From Anaerolineales bacterium (lineage in GTDB: Bacteria; Chloroflexota; Anaerolineae; Anaerolineales; E44-bin32), in assembly GCA_041624375.1 (NCBI GenBank), contig JBFJVD010000002.1, positions 1 to 55,869 of the forward strand: DNA of 55,869 bases, read 5' to 3'. Of this stretch, positions 1-9,260 are shown piece after piece. Position 1 is the first letter of the stretch; every line of letters begins with the position of its first letter. The notes under the pieces were generated by a model. That model worked only from the letters and a program-made list of their open reading frames with translations, had not been told where the DNA came from and made no database searches. The translations under genes were made by a program, and so were the position numbers.

Positions 1-2
1 AG

Positions 3-1034
3 AACCAGCGCAGTCTCCCCTGGCGCCAGACGCAGGACCCCTATGCTGTCTGGGTCTCCGAAATCATGCTCCAGCAAACACGCGTCGAAACGGTGATCCC
101 TTACTACGAGCGCTGGATGGAGCGCTTTCCGAACGTTGAAGCGCTGGCGGAGGCGCCGCTCGACGACGTCTTGCAGCTCTGGGAAGGCCTGGGCTACTAC
201 CGCCGGGCCCACTTCCTGCATCAGGCTGCCCAACAAATTGCCGGGACGCATCATGGCCGGCTGCCGCAGACGGTGGAGCAGCTCAGGCGGCTGCCCGGGA
301 TCGGCCCCTATGCCGCCGCTGCCATTGGGGCCATCGCCTTCGGCCAGGACGTCCTGGCGCTCGACGGAAATCTGCGGCGCGTCCTGGCGCGTCTCTCTGA
401 TCTGGACCTGGATGTGCGCTCACCGGCCGGCGAGCGTCGGCTGCGGGAATTCGGTGAGGCGCACCTTCCGGCAGGGGTGGCCTCCGAGTACAACCAGGCA
501 CTGATGGATCTGGGAGCCAGCATCTGCACGCCGCGGTCGCCGAGGTGCCATGCCTGCCCGCTAACGGGCGATTGCCTTGCCTACGAGCGCGGAACGCAGG
601 CGCTGCGTCCCGTACGCCGCCCGAAGTCCGAGCTGCCGCATGCCACCCGGGCAGCGGCCGCCATTCTTCACCAAGGGCAAGTGCTGCTGGGTCGCCGTCC
701 GCAGGGGGCCCTGCTGGGGGGGCTGTGGGAGTTTCCCGGGGTTGAGCGTGAAGACGGCGGTTCGCTTGCTGCGCTTCTGAAGGACGAGCTTGCCTCCCGC
801 TTGAAGATCCGACTTCACCCAGCGCGCCCGCTCGGCAAGTTTGATCACAGCTACACCCATTTCAAGGTGACCGTGCATGCATTTGCCTGCGAGCTGAGGG
901 AAGGGGAGCCGAAATCCGGCTGGCACAGCGAATTGCGCTGGGCCCGGCCGGCGGATCTCGAGAGCTATCCGATGGGGAAGGTCGATCGAGCGATCGCACG
1001 CCGGCTTATGGAGGAGTCGGCTTCGGTTACATGA
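3..1034 (+). CDS. mutY: A/G-specific adenine DNA glycosylase MutY (5'-truncated by window edge)
   Basis: Frame open from position 3 (NQRSLPWRQTQDPYAVWVSEIMLQQT); WEGLGYY, HhH LPGIGPYAA, DGN, 4Fe-4S motif CTPRSPRCHACPLTGDC, C-terminal NUDIX-like GLWEFPG. Confidence 0.96.
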   Translation, partial: NQRSLPWRQTQDPYAVWVSEIMLQQTRVETVIPYYERWMERFPNVEALAEAPLDDVLQLWEGLGYYRRAHFLHQAAQQIAGTHHGRLPQTVEQLRRLPGIGPYAAAAIGAIAFGQDVLALDGNLRRVLARLSDLDLDVRSPAGERRLREFGEAHLPAGVASEYNQALMDLGASICTPRSPRCHACPLTGDCLAYERGTQALRPVRRPKSELPHATRAAAAILHQGQVLLGRRPQGALLGGLWEFPGVEREDGGSLAALLKDELASRLKIRLHPARPLGKFDHSYTHFKVTVHAFACELREGEPKSGWHSELRWARPADLESYPMGKVDRAIARRLMEESASVT

Positions 1035-1197
1035 AAAGACTCAAATCAGCCGCCCCTTCGTATCTATCGGTACCAGCCTCGGCGCGACCCAGGGCCGGCG
1101 TCAGCCGAAACCGGCATCGGCGGTAGGTCCACCACGGCTTCAGACATGGATGTGCTAAGATCATAAGCATTCAAGATAGGGTAGTCAGGTAGGTACG

Positions 1198-2571
1198 ATG
1201 AACGGTCAAGATGGTTTATTGGTACAGCGAAGACACCCGCTCTCGTCACGATTTCTTCTCCTGGTCATCGCCTCGCTTGTGATTGCCGCCTGTGTGCCGG
1301 AGGGGATCCGCCTCCCGCAAAGTCCGCTGCTCAGCTCGCTCGAGCGCAAGTCTGGCCTGATTGCTTATGTCGGGACCGATGGGAACATTTACACCACCAA
1401 CCAGGCGGGTGATTCACCGGTCGCCATCACACAAGACTCCCAGACCGATCCGGACTCCGGTGCGCTGCGGTTCTATGACTTCCCCACCTGGTCGCCGGTG
1501 GAGAACCGCCTTGCCTATCAGGGGGTCACAGTCAGCGAACGAGGTATCGAGGTCGCCGAGATTTTCACGAGCACGGCCCGCGGCGAGGATTCTGTCCGGA
1601 TCTACGACAGCTCAGTGGATATTCCGCTCTACCTGTACTGGTCCCCGGACGGCAACCTGGTCAGCTTCCTGACCACGAATATCAACGGCGGGTTGCTCGA
1701 CCTGCAAGTGGCGGAGTCGACCGGCGGCGAGGTGTCGCTGGTGGACACCGGCCAGCCCTACTACTGGGCATGGTCTCCTGATCAGCGGATCCTGGCGCAC
1801 GTTGGGGGCGCGGCAGACATCAACCCATCCGGGGCCAGGCTTTCGCTGCTCGAGATGGGGCCGATCATCGGCGAGATCGGCTACCCCTTGAAGCCGAGCT
1901 ACTTCCAGGCCCCGGCCTTCTCCCCGGACGGCTCGCTGATGCTCTTTGCCGCCTACCTCGATTCCGGAGGACAGTCGCTGATTGTCGCCACACGGGACGG
2001 CGAAGTCCGCAACCAGCTCGCTTCGTTCCCCGGCGCAGTCGCCTTCGACTGGTCTCCCAGCGGCCAGCACATCGCCTACGTCACCAGCCTGCGAGTGGGG
2101 CAGGGACTGCTTGGGCGGCTTACGATTGTCGATCTGGATGACCCTGACGAGCCGCGAGTGATCGAGACCGGAGCCGACACTGTGGCCGCGTTCTTCTGGT
2201 CTCCAAACGGTGAAGAAGTTGCCTATTTCGTGCCGACGGTGTTCCGCAGCAGTTCCAGCGATGCGGCCGCGCCTGAAGGCGGCGAGCAGGCCCAGGATCA
2301 GCTCTTTCTGTCCGTGTTCATCGCCGAAGCGCGCACGGGCGAGACCCGCGAGCTGCTCAGTTTCCGTCCAACACGGGCGTTTCTGAACATCCTTCCGTTC
2401 TTCGACCAGTATCAGCGCTCAACGACCCTCTGGTCGCCCGACTCCAAATACTTGGTCCTCTCGGCGCTGCGCCCGGACGGCACGCCCGGCATTTTCGTGC
2501 TGCCGACCTCCGGACAGCTCAGCGAACGATTTCTGGTGGAGGGGACTCTCGCCTTCTGGTCGTGGCGCTAG
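1198..2571 (+). CDS. TolB-like beta-propeller (PD40 repeat) lipoprotein
   Basis: Hydrophobic signal with lipobox IAAC; repeated W/FSPDG propeller motifs; exact start uncertain. Confidence 0.8.
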   Translation: MNGQDGLLVQRRHPLSSRFLLLVIASLVIAACVPEGIRLPQSPLLSSLERKSGLIAYVGTDGNIYTTNQAGDSPVAITQDSQTDPDSGALRFYDFPTWSPVENRLAYQGVTVSERGIEVAEIFTSTARGEDSVRIYDSSVDIPLYLYWSPDGNLVSFLTTNINGGLLDLQVAESTGGEVSLVDTGQPYYWAWSPDQRILAHVGGAADINPSGARLSLLEMGPIIGEIGYPLKPSYFQAPAFSPDGSLMLFAAYLDSGGQSLIVATRDGEVRNQLASFPGAVAFDWSPSGQHIAYVTSLRVGQGLLGRLTIVDLDDPDEPRVIETGADTVAAFFWSPNGEEVAYFVPTVFRSSSSDAAAPEGGEQAQDQLFLSVFIAEARTGETRELLSFRPTRAFLNILPFFDQYQRSTTLWSPDSKYLVLSALRPDGTPGIFVLPTSGQLSERFLVEGTLAFWSWR

Positions 2572-2669
2572 CCGCCGCGGCTCGCGGCCTAACCCCTGGC
2601 CCAAGATCAATGGAGCGCCGATGCGGCGCTCCATTTGCTTGCGGGTCGATTGCGGCCGGGTCCGTGAGA

Positions 2670-4568
2670 TCAATCCCCGCTCTCGGATTCGCTGGTGGAC
2701 GGATCCGGACTGACTTCTTCTTCGGCCTTCTGCCGGCGCCGGTAGGCCAGGCCCTCCGAGCTGACGCCGATTTGCTCGAGCACGCTCTCGAATTCCTCGC
2801 CGGCTTCGCGCGCCAGCTGCATGCTGTTCTTACCCAGAAGTTCGAGCACTTCCCGGTTCGAGAGGTCCTTCTTCTCCAGCAGGGCTTCAACCAGCGCCTC
2901 GACTTCATCGGCGTGCTCAAAAAGCATGCGCCGGACCTGCTCTTCAAGCTGGTTCCAGACTCGCTCGACGCGCTCATCCGAGAACCGCAGCTCTTTCACG
3001 TCGACGAACAGCTCCGAGACCGGAGGGCCGAAGAAACCATGCATCGCCAGCAGGCGCAGCATGGTGCGGGCGTTGTTGTAGTCGCCGGTGGCCCCGGTCC
3101 AGAATTCGCCCATGAAGATCTTTACGGCCAGGTGCCCGGCGAGTGCAACCATGATCCGGCCGACGATCCGCCGCAGCGGCTGTGCGTAGATCTCGTCGGT
3201 ATCGACGGGCAGCACGTAGCCGAGGATCCCGCTCGAGCGCCGAACGATGCTGACGCGCGCAATCCGCTGGTCTGGCAGGACGTAGTGCTGGATCACGGCG
3301 TGACCGGCTTCGTGATAAGCGACCTGCCGCATCTGGAGCGGGTCCATCTCGGCGATCGGATTCGCCATCCCGACCAGCTGTTCCTGCAGCGCCTGATCGA
3401 TGTCGTCCTGGACGACGTGATCGCGCCCGTTGAAGAGCGCCCTGCGGACCGCATCCTTGGTGATCGCCGACATGATCTGCGCTGGCGTCGCGTGGGGCGT
3501 GTCGGCGACGATCGCTTCGAGGTCGATCTTTTCCGCGTCGTGGCGGATCTTGTTGAGGTAGCCCCGGATGATCTCGCGCCGGCCGACACGATCCGGGCGC
3601 TCGACCTTGATCACCTGATCGAAGCGGCCGGGGCGCAGCAGGGCCGGGTCCAGGATGTCCGGCCGGTTGGTGGAGCCCATGAACAGGACGTGCCAGTCGC
3701 GCTTCGGCGGCGCCTTGCCGAACAGGCCATAAATCTTGGCCTGCAGCCGTTCCCAGAACGAGGCCTCGCCGATGCCGTCCATCTCGTAAAGCAGGCGGGT
3801 GAGGGCGCCGTTCATCATCATGCCGCCCATCATGCCGCCCATCGCCATGCCGCCGCCGCGTCCCATCACGCCGGAGCGGCTCTGCCCGACCGCATCGATC
3901 TCGTCGATGTAAGCGATGCAGGCGCCGTAATCGCGCGCCATGCGTCGCGCCTTGCGGACAAAGCTCATCATCTTGAGCGTGTCCATACCCCAGAACATGC
4001 CGCGGAAGCCGGAGCCTTCCACAGAAAGGAAGGCAACGCCGGCCTCGCCGGCCATCGCCTTAGCGAGCATGGTTTTGCCGGTGCCGGGCTCCCCAAAGAG
4101 CATGATGCCGTTGATGTACTGCCCGCCCATATCGACGAATTTGTCGCGATCGGAGAGCAGGTCGATCCACTGGCGCACAAGCTCCACCAGCGCCGGCTGG
4201 CCCCAGTAGTCGTCGAATGTGACCTGCTTTGCATCGCCCGGACGGATGATCACCGTGCGGGTCCGGCTGATGAACCAGAAGAGGGCGCCGAACTGCACAA
4301 CGATAAACATGATGCCGAACATCAACCGGCCCACAAAACTCAAGCCCAGCAGCAGGATGTTCAGGTTGACGGGATCTGCCAGGGCCCAACCGATGAGCAG
4401 GACGGCCAGGATCAACCACCAGAATTGGCGCAGGATGCGGCCGACAAGACGCAGTGGGCGCCGCCGCCGGCGCTGGATCGGCGCGTCAGAGTCGGAACCA
4501 TTGATGCGGCTGAGCCAGCTCAGCCAGCCTCGGTCGTTGGCCTCAGGGGGGTTACCATTTTCACTCAT
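2670..4568 (-). CDS. FtsH-family membrane AAA+ zinc metalloprotease (M41), divergent paralogue
   Basis: Two N-terminal TM segments; Walker A GEPGTGKT, Walker B YIDEID, SRH TNRPDILDPALLRPGRFD, HEAGH zinc motif, TGATGD. Confidence 0.9.
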   Translation of the reverse strand: MSENGNPPEANDRGWLSWLSRINGSDSDAPIQRRRRRPLRLVGRILRQFWWLILAVLLIGWALADPVNLNILLLGLSFVGRLMFGIMFIVVQFGALFWFISRTRTVIIRPGDAKQVTFDDYWGQPALVELVRQWIDLLSDRDKFVDMGGQYINGIMLFGEPGTGKTMLAKAMAGEAGVAFLSVEGSGFRGMFWGMDTLKMMSFVRKARRMARDYGACIAYIDEIDAVGQSRSGVMGRGGGMAMGGMMGGMMMNGALTRLLYEMDGIGEASFWERLQAKIYGLFGKAPPKRDWHVLFMGSTNRPDILDPALLRPGRFDQVIKVERPDRVGRREIIRGYLNKIRHDAEKIDLEAIVADTPHATPAQIMSAITKDAVRRALFNGRDHVVQDDIDQALQEQLVGMANPIAEMDPLQMRQVAYHEAGHAVIQHYVLPDQRIARVSIVRRSSGILGYVLPVDTDEIYAQPLRRIVGRIMVALAGHLAVKIFMGEFWTGATGDYNNARTMLRLLAMHGFFGPPVSELFVDVKELRFSDERVERVWNQLEEQVRRMLFEHADEVEALVEALLEKKDLSNREVLELLGKNSMQLAREAGEEFESVLEQIGVSSEGLAYRRRQKAEEEVSPDPSTSESESGD

Positions 4569-4705
4569 CGAACACTCCCGATCTTGAGAAAGGCTACCGA
4601 TCCAAGTCAGAGCAATCTGTCGGCAGATGACCGTATTTTCCCTGTGTACGCTATTCTGTCACAGAATCGGCGCATCCGCGGCTGGATTCACAGGTTCTCA
4701 TGCCT

Positions 4706-4874
4706 GGAAGGCGGTCGGTGTATATCAGGTTAACCAGGGAGCACAGGCGAAGGTTCGGCCCGGCTTGAGCCGCCGCTCGTGGGTCTTCATCAGCCAGGGG
4801 GCGACACCTGCTGATCGCGCCGGCGGCACGACCGGCATTGGGTTGATTCTGTTGATCGTTCGCCGACTGCTTCC
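4706..4874 (+). ncRNA. Candidate structured ncRNA, 6S RNA-like rod
   Basis: Intergenic ~170 nt with nested pairings 4706-4720/4861-4874, 4730-4735/4841-4846, 4769-4775/4821-4827, 4789-4793/4811-4815 and an apical GCGA loop; G-U pairs favour the + strand; folded by eye only. Confidence 0.5.
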
Positions 4875-4876
4875 GC

Positions 4877-5803
4877 CTAGGCGGGACCTGGCGGATGGGC
4901 ATCGGCGTGCGGCGGCCGGACGCCTTGCGGATCGACATCCAGCACGAAGGTTCGGGCGGCCAGCCCTGCCCGAGCGAAGCCGGCTTCCAGGGCTTCCGCG
5001 ATCGCTGGATGACCGGTGGGAGCGAAGGCGACGACGCCAGGCCCGGCGCCGGAGAGGGTGGCCGCGGCGGCGCCGGCAGCGAGTGCCGCCGCCACCGCTT
5101 CCGGGTAGCCCGGAATGTGCACGGCACGGTGCCGTTCGTGGAGCCGGTCTTTCATCACGTGTGCCAGAAGCTCGTAATCGCCGGATCGCAGGGCTTCTAC
5201 CGTCAGCAGGCTGCGTCCCAGATTGAATACGGCATCCTCCAGCGGAACACGGGCTGGCAGTGCCCGGCGCATCTCCGCCGTCGCGAGCGCCAATTCCGGC
5301 ACGGCGACCGCCACGCGCAGCGGCGGGGTTTCGATCCGCCGCGCCACTGGCGAGTTTTCGTCAGGGGCCACCGCCACCAGACCGCCGAGTAGCGCGGCCG
5401 CTGCATTGTCGGCGTGCCCTTCGAGCCCGAAGGCCAGCCTCAGCAATCGAGACGTGGTGAACGGCTCGGTGAGCAGCATGTTCGCAGCTGCGAGACCGCC
5501 AACGATCGCCGCAGCCGAGGAGCCGAGTCCGGAGGCAAGCGGGATGGCGTTGGCTGCCCGCAGCCGTAGGCCCGCTGGTTGTATGTCTGCGGCTTCGAAC
5601 AACCGCAGCGCGGCCTTCAACCCAAGGTGTTCACCGTCTACCGGCAAGGTCGCCGCGCCCTCGCCTTCGACCGCTGCCTGAAACCCACCGGCGGCGAACT
5701 CGAGCTCGACGCGGTTGTGGAGCGAGAGCGCCAGCGCGAGGCTGTCGAAGCCAGGCCCTAGATTCGCTGTCGAGGCAGGGACGAGCACGGCGGCGCGCTT
5801 CAT
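4877..5803 (-). CDS. thrB: Homoserine kinase
   Basis: VPASTANLGPGFD, GHMP motif IPLASGLGSSAAA, EGHADN, LSGAGP; overlaps thrC stop. Confidence 0.95.
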   Translation of the reverse strand: MKRAAVLVPASTANLGPGFDSLALALSLHNRVELEFAAGGFQAAVEGEGAATLPVDGEHLGLKAALRLFEAADIQPAGLRLRAANAIPLASGLGSSAAAIVGGLAAANMLLTEPFTTSRLLRLAFGLEGHADNAAAALLGGLVAVAPDENSPVARRIETPPLRVAVAVPELALATAEMRRALPARVPLEDAVFNLGRSLLTVEALRSGDYELLAHVMKDRLHERHRAVHIPGYPEAVAAALAAGAAAATLSGAGPGVVAFAPTGHPAIAEALEAGFARAGLAARTFVLDVDPQGVRPPHADAHPPGPA

Positions 5804-6870
5804 GCCCGGATGATGGCGCGCAGCGCCTCGAGGTCTGCGGCGACCTGGGTCGGCTCCGGCGCCCGCTCGGCGATGGTCTCTGGATCTTTCAACCCGTGCC
5901 CGGTGCAGACGCAGACCACGTTCTGCTCACTCAGATCGAGGCGCCCCTGTTCGACCTCCGACAGCAGGCCGGCGAGACCGGCCGCCGAAGCCGGCTCGAC
6001 CCACAAGCCCTCGGCGGCAAGCCGAGACTGGGCGGCCAGGATCGCTGCGTCGTCGACCGCGATGATCCGCCCGCCGGACTCCGCGGCCGCCTGCAGCGCC
6101 TGCTCCCCCCGGGCCGGCCGGCCGATCCGAATCGCCGTGGCGATCGTCTCCGGCTGCGCCACCGGCTCGCCCAGCACGAGCGGCGCCGCGCCGGCGGCCT
6201 GGACCCCGAGCAGGCGGGGGAGGCCGCTCGAGTACCGTGCGTCGTATTGCTGGAAGCCCATCCAGTAGGCGCTGATGTTGCCTGCGTTGCCGACCGGGAG
6301 CGCAAGCCAGTCTGGCGCCCGGCCAAGGGACTCGCAAATCTCGAAGGCCGCCGTCTTCTGTCCTTCGAGGCGAAAGGGGTTGACGGAATTGACCAAGGCC
6401 AGCGGCAGGGACTCGACCAGCGCCAGCACCAGAGCCAGCGCCTGGTCGAACGAACCCTCGATCTGGAGCACCCTGGCGCCATAGGCTTGTGCGCCAGCCA
6501 GCTTGCCGCTGGCGACCTTGCCCTTGGGCACGAGCACATAGCAGCGCATCCCGGCGCGGGCGGCATAGGCGGCTGCGCTGGCGGCAGTGTTCCCGGTGCT
6601 GGCGCAGATCACCGCCTGAGTGCCGCGAGCGGCCGCCTCTGTGATCGCTGTGGTCATGCCGCGATCCTTGAACGAACCGGTGGGGTTCAATCCCTCGAAC
6701 TTCACCCAGAACGCGGCCGCGCCAAGCTGCGCAGCAAGGCGCGGGGCAGGGATCAGCGGGGTGCTGCCTTCCAGCAGGGTCACCGCCGGTGCCCCGTGTG
6801 GAAGGTCAAGCAGCGGGCGAAAGCGCTCAATGACGCCGGGCCAAGGTTCCATCGTCGCGATTGTACTCAA
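5800..6870 (-). CDS. thrC: Threonine synthase
   Basis: PLP lysine motif EGLNPTGSFKDRG, ASTGNT, PVGNAGN, TGHGLKDP; TTG start after GAAGGGG. Confidence 0.95.
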   Translation of the reverse strand: MSTIATMEPWPGVIERFRPLLDLPHGAPAVTLLEGSTPLIPAPRLAAQLGAAAFWVKFEGLNPTGSFKDRGMTTAITEAAARGTQAVICASTGNTAASAAAYAARAGMRCYVLVPKGKVASGKLAGAQAYGARVLQIEGSFDQALALVLALVESLPLALVNSVNPFRLEGQKTAAFEICESLGRAPDWLALPVGNAGNISAYWMGFQQYDARYSSGLPRLLGVQAAGAAPLVLGEPVAQPETIATAIRIGRPARGEQALQAAAESGGRIIAVDDAAILAAQSRLAAEGLWVEPASAAGLAGLLSEVEQGRLDLSEQNVVCVCTGHGLKDPETIAERAPEPTQVAADLEALRAIIRA

Positions 6871-6896
6871 GCCGCCCCTTCACCGGAAGCCGCGAC

Positions 6897-6925
6897 TTGA
6901 CAGCCCGAACAAACGTTCGTATGCT
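6897..6925 (+). promoter_or_regulatory. Sigma70 promoter with LexA (SOS) box in the spacer
   Basis: TTGACA (6897-6902), 17 bp spacer, TATGCT (6920-6925); CGAACAAACGTTCG at 6906-6919 matches GAAC-N4-GTTC. Confidence 0.85.
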
Positions 6926-6964
6926 GATGGTTGCTGCCCGCTCTCCGGTGAGGTGCCGATCTCG

Positions 6965-8224
6965 ATGAAATCTCTCCCGCTCTCCGCTGCTCGCGCCCTG
7001 GCGCTGCACGCGCAACAGCTGGCGACTCCCTATGGCGAGGAGCCGGAGCCCCGGCCTGGAGCGATCGCCGCGCTCGTTGAGCGCCTGGGCGCCGTCCAGG
7101 TGGACACCCAGCAGCGCGTCCAGCGCAGTCACTACCTGACGATCTGGAGCCGGCTCGGCGCCTACGATCCGGACGATTTTGATCGCCTGATCTACCCCAG
7201 GCGGGCACAGGACGAAGCCCAACGGCTTCTCTTCGAAGATTGGTACCATGCCGCCTGCATCCTGCCGTTCAGCGAGTACCGTTACCGGCTGCCGCTGAAG
7301 CGCCGGCTGCGCAAGAAACCGGCGAACTTCACGCAGAGTTTGCTCAACAAGCAGGACAGCGATCATTTCCTGGCCTCTGTACTCAAGCGCATCGGCCGCG
7401 AGGGACCACTGGCCGTCTCGGATTTCAAGTCGGACGGCAAGCGGCGCGGCTCATGGTGGGATTGGCGCCCCGCCAAGGTTGCGCTGGAGCATCTGTTCGT
7501 GATCGGTGACCTGATGATCGCCGACCGGGTCCATTTTCAACGCTACTACGACCTGACCAAGCGGGTGCTGCCGGCGTGGGTGGATCGGCGCGTACCTTCC
7601 CAGGATGCGACCCTGCGGCACCTACTTGCGCGAAGCGTGCGTAGCTTTGGCATCTGCCGGCCGGCTCAGGCTGCGGATGCCGTGCATGAGCTTGGGCGCG
7701 GTCGCGTCCGCCCAATCGTCGAATCCATGATCGAGGAGGGGGTCTTCGTTCCAGTACGAGTTGAGAGCTCGGACGGAATCGATCTCGAGATGATGGTCCA
7801 CCGGGAGGACCGTCCCCTGCTGGAACGCGCCGCAGATGGGTCGCTGGCCGCGGCCCGTACAACGTTTCTGAACCCGTTCGACAGCCTGTTCTGGCCGCAG
7901 GGTCGCGACGAGGAACTCTGGGGGTTCGAGCAGGTCCTGGAAGCGTATAAGCCCGCTGCGCAGCGCAGGTGGGGGTACTTCTGCCTGCCCATCCTGCACG
8001 GTGATCGCCTCGTGGGTCGTTTCGATCCCAAACTGGAACGCGCGAATGGGACGCTGCGCCTCGTGGCACTCTACCTGGAACCCGGTGTGAAGCCGGATGC
8101 GCGGCTGATCGCCGGGGTTGCGCAGGCCCTGCGCGATTTTCTTGTCTTCCACCAGGCGACGGATGTGGTGATCGAGAAGAGCGAGCCGGCTGCATTCGGC
8201 CGCAAGCTCCTGGCGGCGCTTTAG
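6965..8224 (+). CDS. ycaQ: YcaQ/AlkZ-family winged-helix DNA crosslink glycosylase
   Basis: QVD catalytic-type motif (LGAVQVDT), WSRLG, WWDW, LNPFDSL, EAYKPAAQRRWGYFCLPILHGDRLVGRFD; ATG at 6965 after GAGGTG. Confidence 0.88.
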   Translation: MKSLPLSAARALALHAQQLATPYGEEPEPRPGAIAALVERLGAVQVDTQQRVQRSHYLTIWSRLGAYDPDDFDRLIYPRRAQDEAQRLLFEDWYHAACILPFSEYRYRLPLKRRLRKKPANFTQSLLNKQDSDHFLASVLKRIGREGPLAVSDFKSDGKRRGSWWDWRPAKVALEHLFVIGDLMIADRVHFQRYYDLTKRVLPAWVDRRVPSQDATLRHLLARSVRSFGICRPAQAADAVHELGRGRVRPIVESMIEEGVFVPVRVESSDGIDLEMMVHREDRPLLERAADGSLAAARTTFLNPFDSLFWPQGRDEELWGFEQVLEAYKPAAQRRWGYFCLPILHGDRLVGRFDPKLERANGTLRLVALYLEPGVKPDARLIAGVAQALRDFLVFHQATDVVIEKSEPAAFGRKLLAAL

Positions 8225-8283
8225 TTCGTCACCTCAGGGCCATACGTTCACTTGCCCGTAGCGGCAAGGACCGCCCGTTCGGC

Positions 8284-9057
8284 TCAGCGGGCGCAGGTCT
8301 GGCCACGCCCGCCGTCGATGGAATAGGTGGCACCCGTGATCCAGCCGGCATGGGGGGAGGCCAGGTAGTAAATCAGCTCGGCGACTTCCTCCGGCTGCCC
8401 GACCCGGCCGATCGGGTGCGTGGTATTGCTGTGTTCAAGAAACGCGGCATAGGATCCCTCATCCATCATCGAGGCGCGGTGCAGATTGGTGACAACAACG
8501 CCGGGGTTGACGGCGTTGACCCGCACACCTTTGCTCGCCATTTCCAGCGCGGCGCAGCGGGTGAGATGATCCAGCGCAGCTTTGCTTACGCAGTAGGCCA
8601 GGACCCCGGGAAAGGCGCGCAGCCCGTTCACGCTGGATACGTTCACCACGCACCCCTGGCGCGCGACCAGATGCGGCATCGCCAGGTGCATCAATAGGAA
8701 CGGCGCGCGCAGGTTGATTCCCATCATCTCGTCCCAATCGGCCAAAGCGGTCGTTTCAATGCTGCCGCCCTCGATGATGCCGGCGCTGTTGACCAGCACA
8801 TCGAGTCCACCGAGCGCATCCACCGTGGTTTCCAGCACTCGCTCGGTTTCTGCCGGGTGGGTGATATCGGCGGACAGGGCAAGCGCCCGGCCGCCATCGG
8901 CCTCGATCTCCCGCGCCAGTTCTTCCAGGATCGACTGGCGGCGGGCGACCAGCACCACAGCTGCGCCGGCTTGCGCGAAGCGCAACGCCGCCGCGCGGCC
9001 GATTCCACTGCTGGCGCCGGTGATCAAGACGGCTTTGGACTCCATGTCACGTGTCAT
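8284..9057 (-). CDS. Short-chain dehydrogenase/reductase (SDR)
   Basis: TGASSGIG, VNSAG, catalytic YCVSK, NAVNPG; AAGGAG RBS before ATG 9057. Confidence 0.92.
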   Translation of the reverse strand: MTRDMESKAVLITGASSGIGRAAALRFAQAGAAVVLVARRQSILEELAREIEADGGRALALSADITHPAETERVLETTVDALGGLDVLVNSAGIIEGGSIETTALADWDEMMGINLRAPFLLMHLAMPHLVARQGCVVNVSSVNGLRAFPGVLAYCVSKAALDHLTRCAALEMASKGVRVNAVNPGVVVTNLHRASMMDEGSYAAFLEHSNTTHPIGRVGQPEEVAELIYYLASPHAGWITGATYSIDGGRGQTCAR

Positions 9058-9260
9058 GATGGCACTCCTTGTGTAGCTCTCCGGATGAGGCCCGGGTGTT
9101 TTTGAAGGCGGCTTGGATTTTAGCGGATGTCCAGCGCGGGGCTCGGCATTGTCGTGGTTGGAGGCGGCGGAGCAGCCCTGAGCTTCTACGGACGGCCCAT
9201 CGTTGTCGGCCCTCATTCAGCATGCTATCCTGATCCTTAAGCCTGAGCCTGGGAGGCCCG

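Noticed and set aside
3810-3870. Short repeats of GCCGCCCATC type
   Set aside because: They encode the Gly/Met low-complexity loop of the FtsH-like protein; not a CRISPR or DNA repeat element.
2562-4733. 723-aa + strand ORF
   Set aside because: Antisense shadow of the FtsH-like gene; no motifs, typical of high-GC codon bias.
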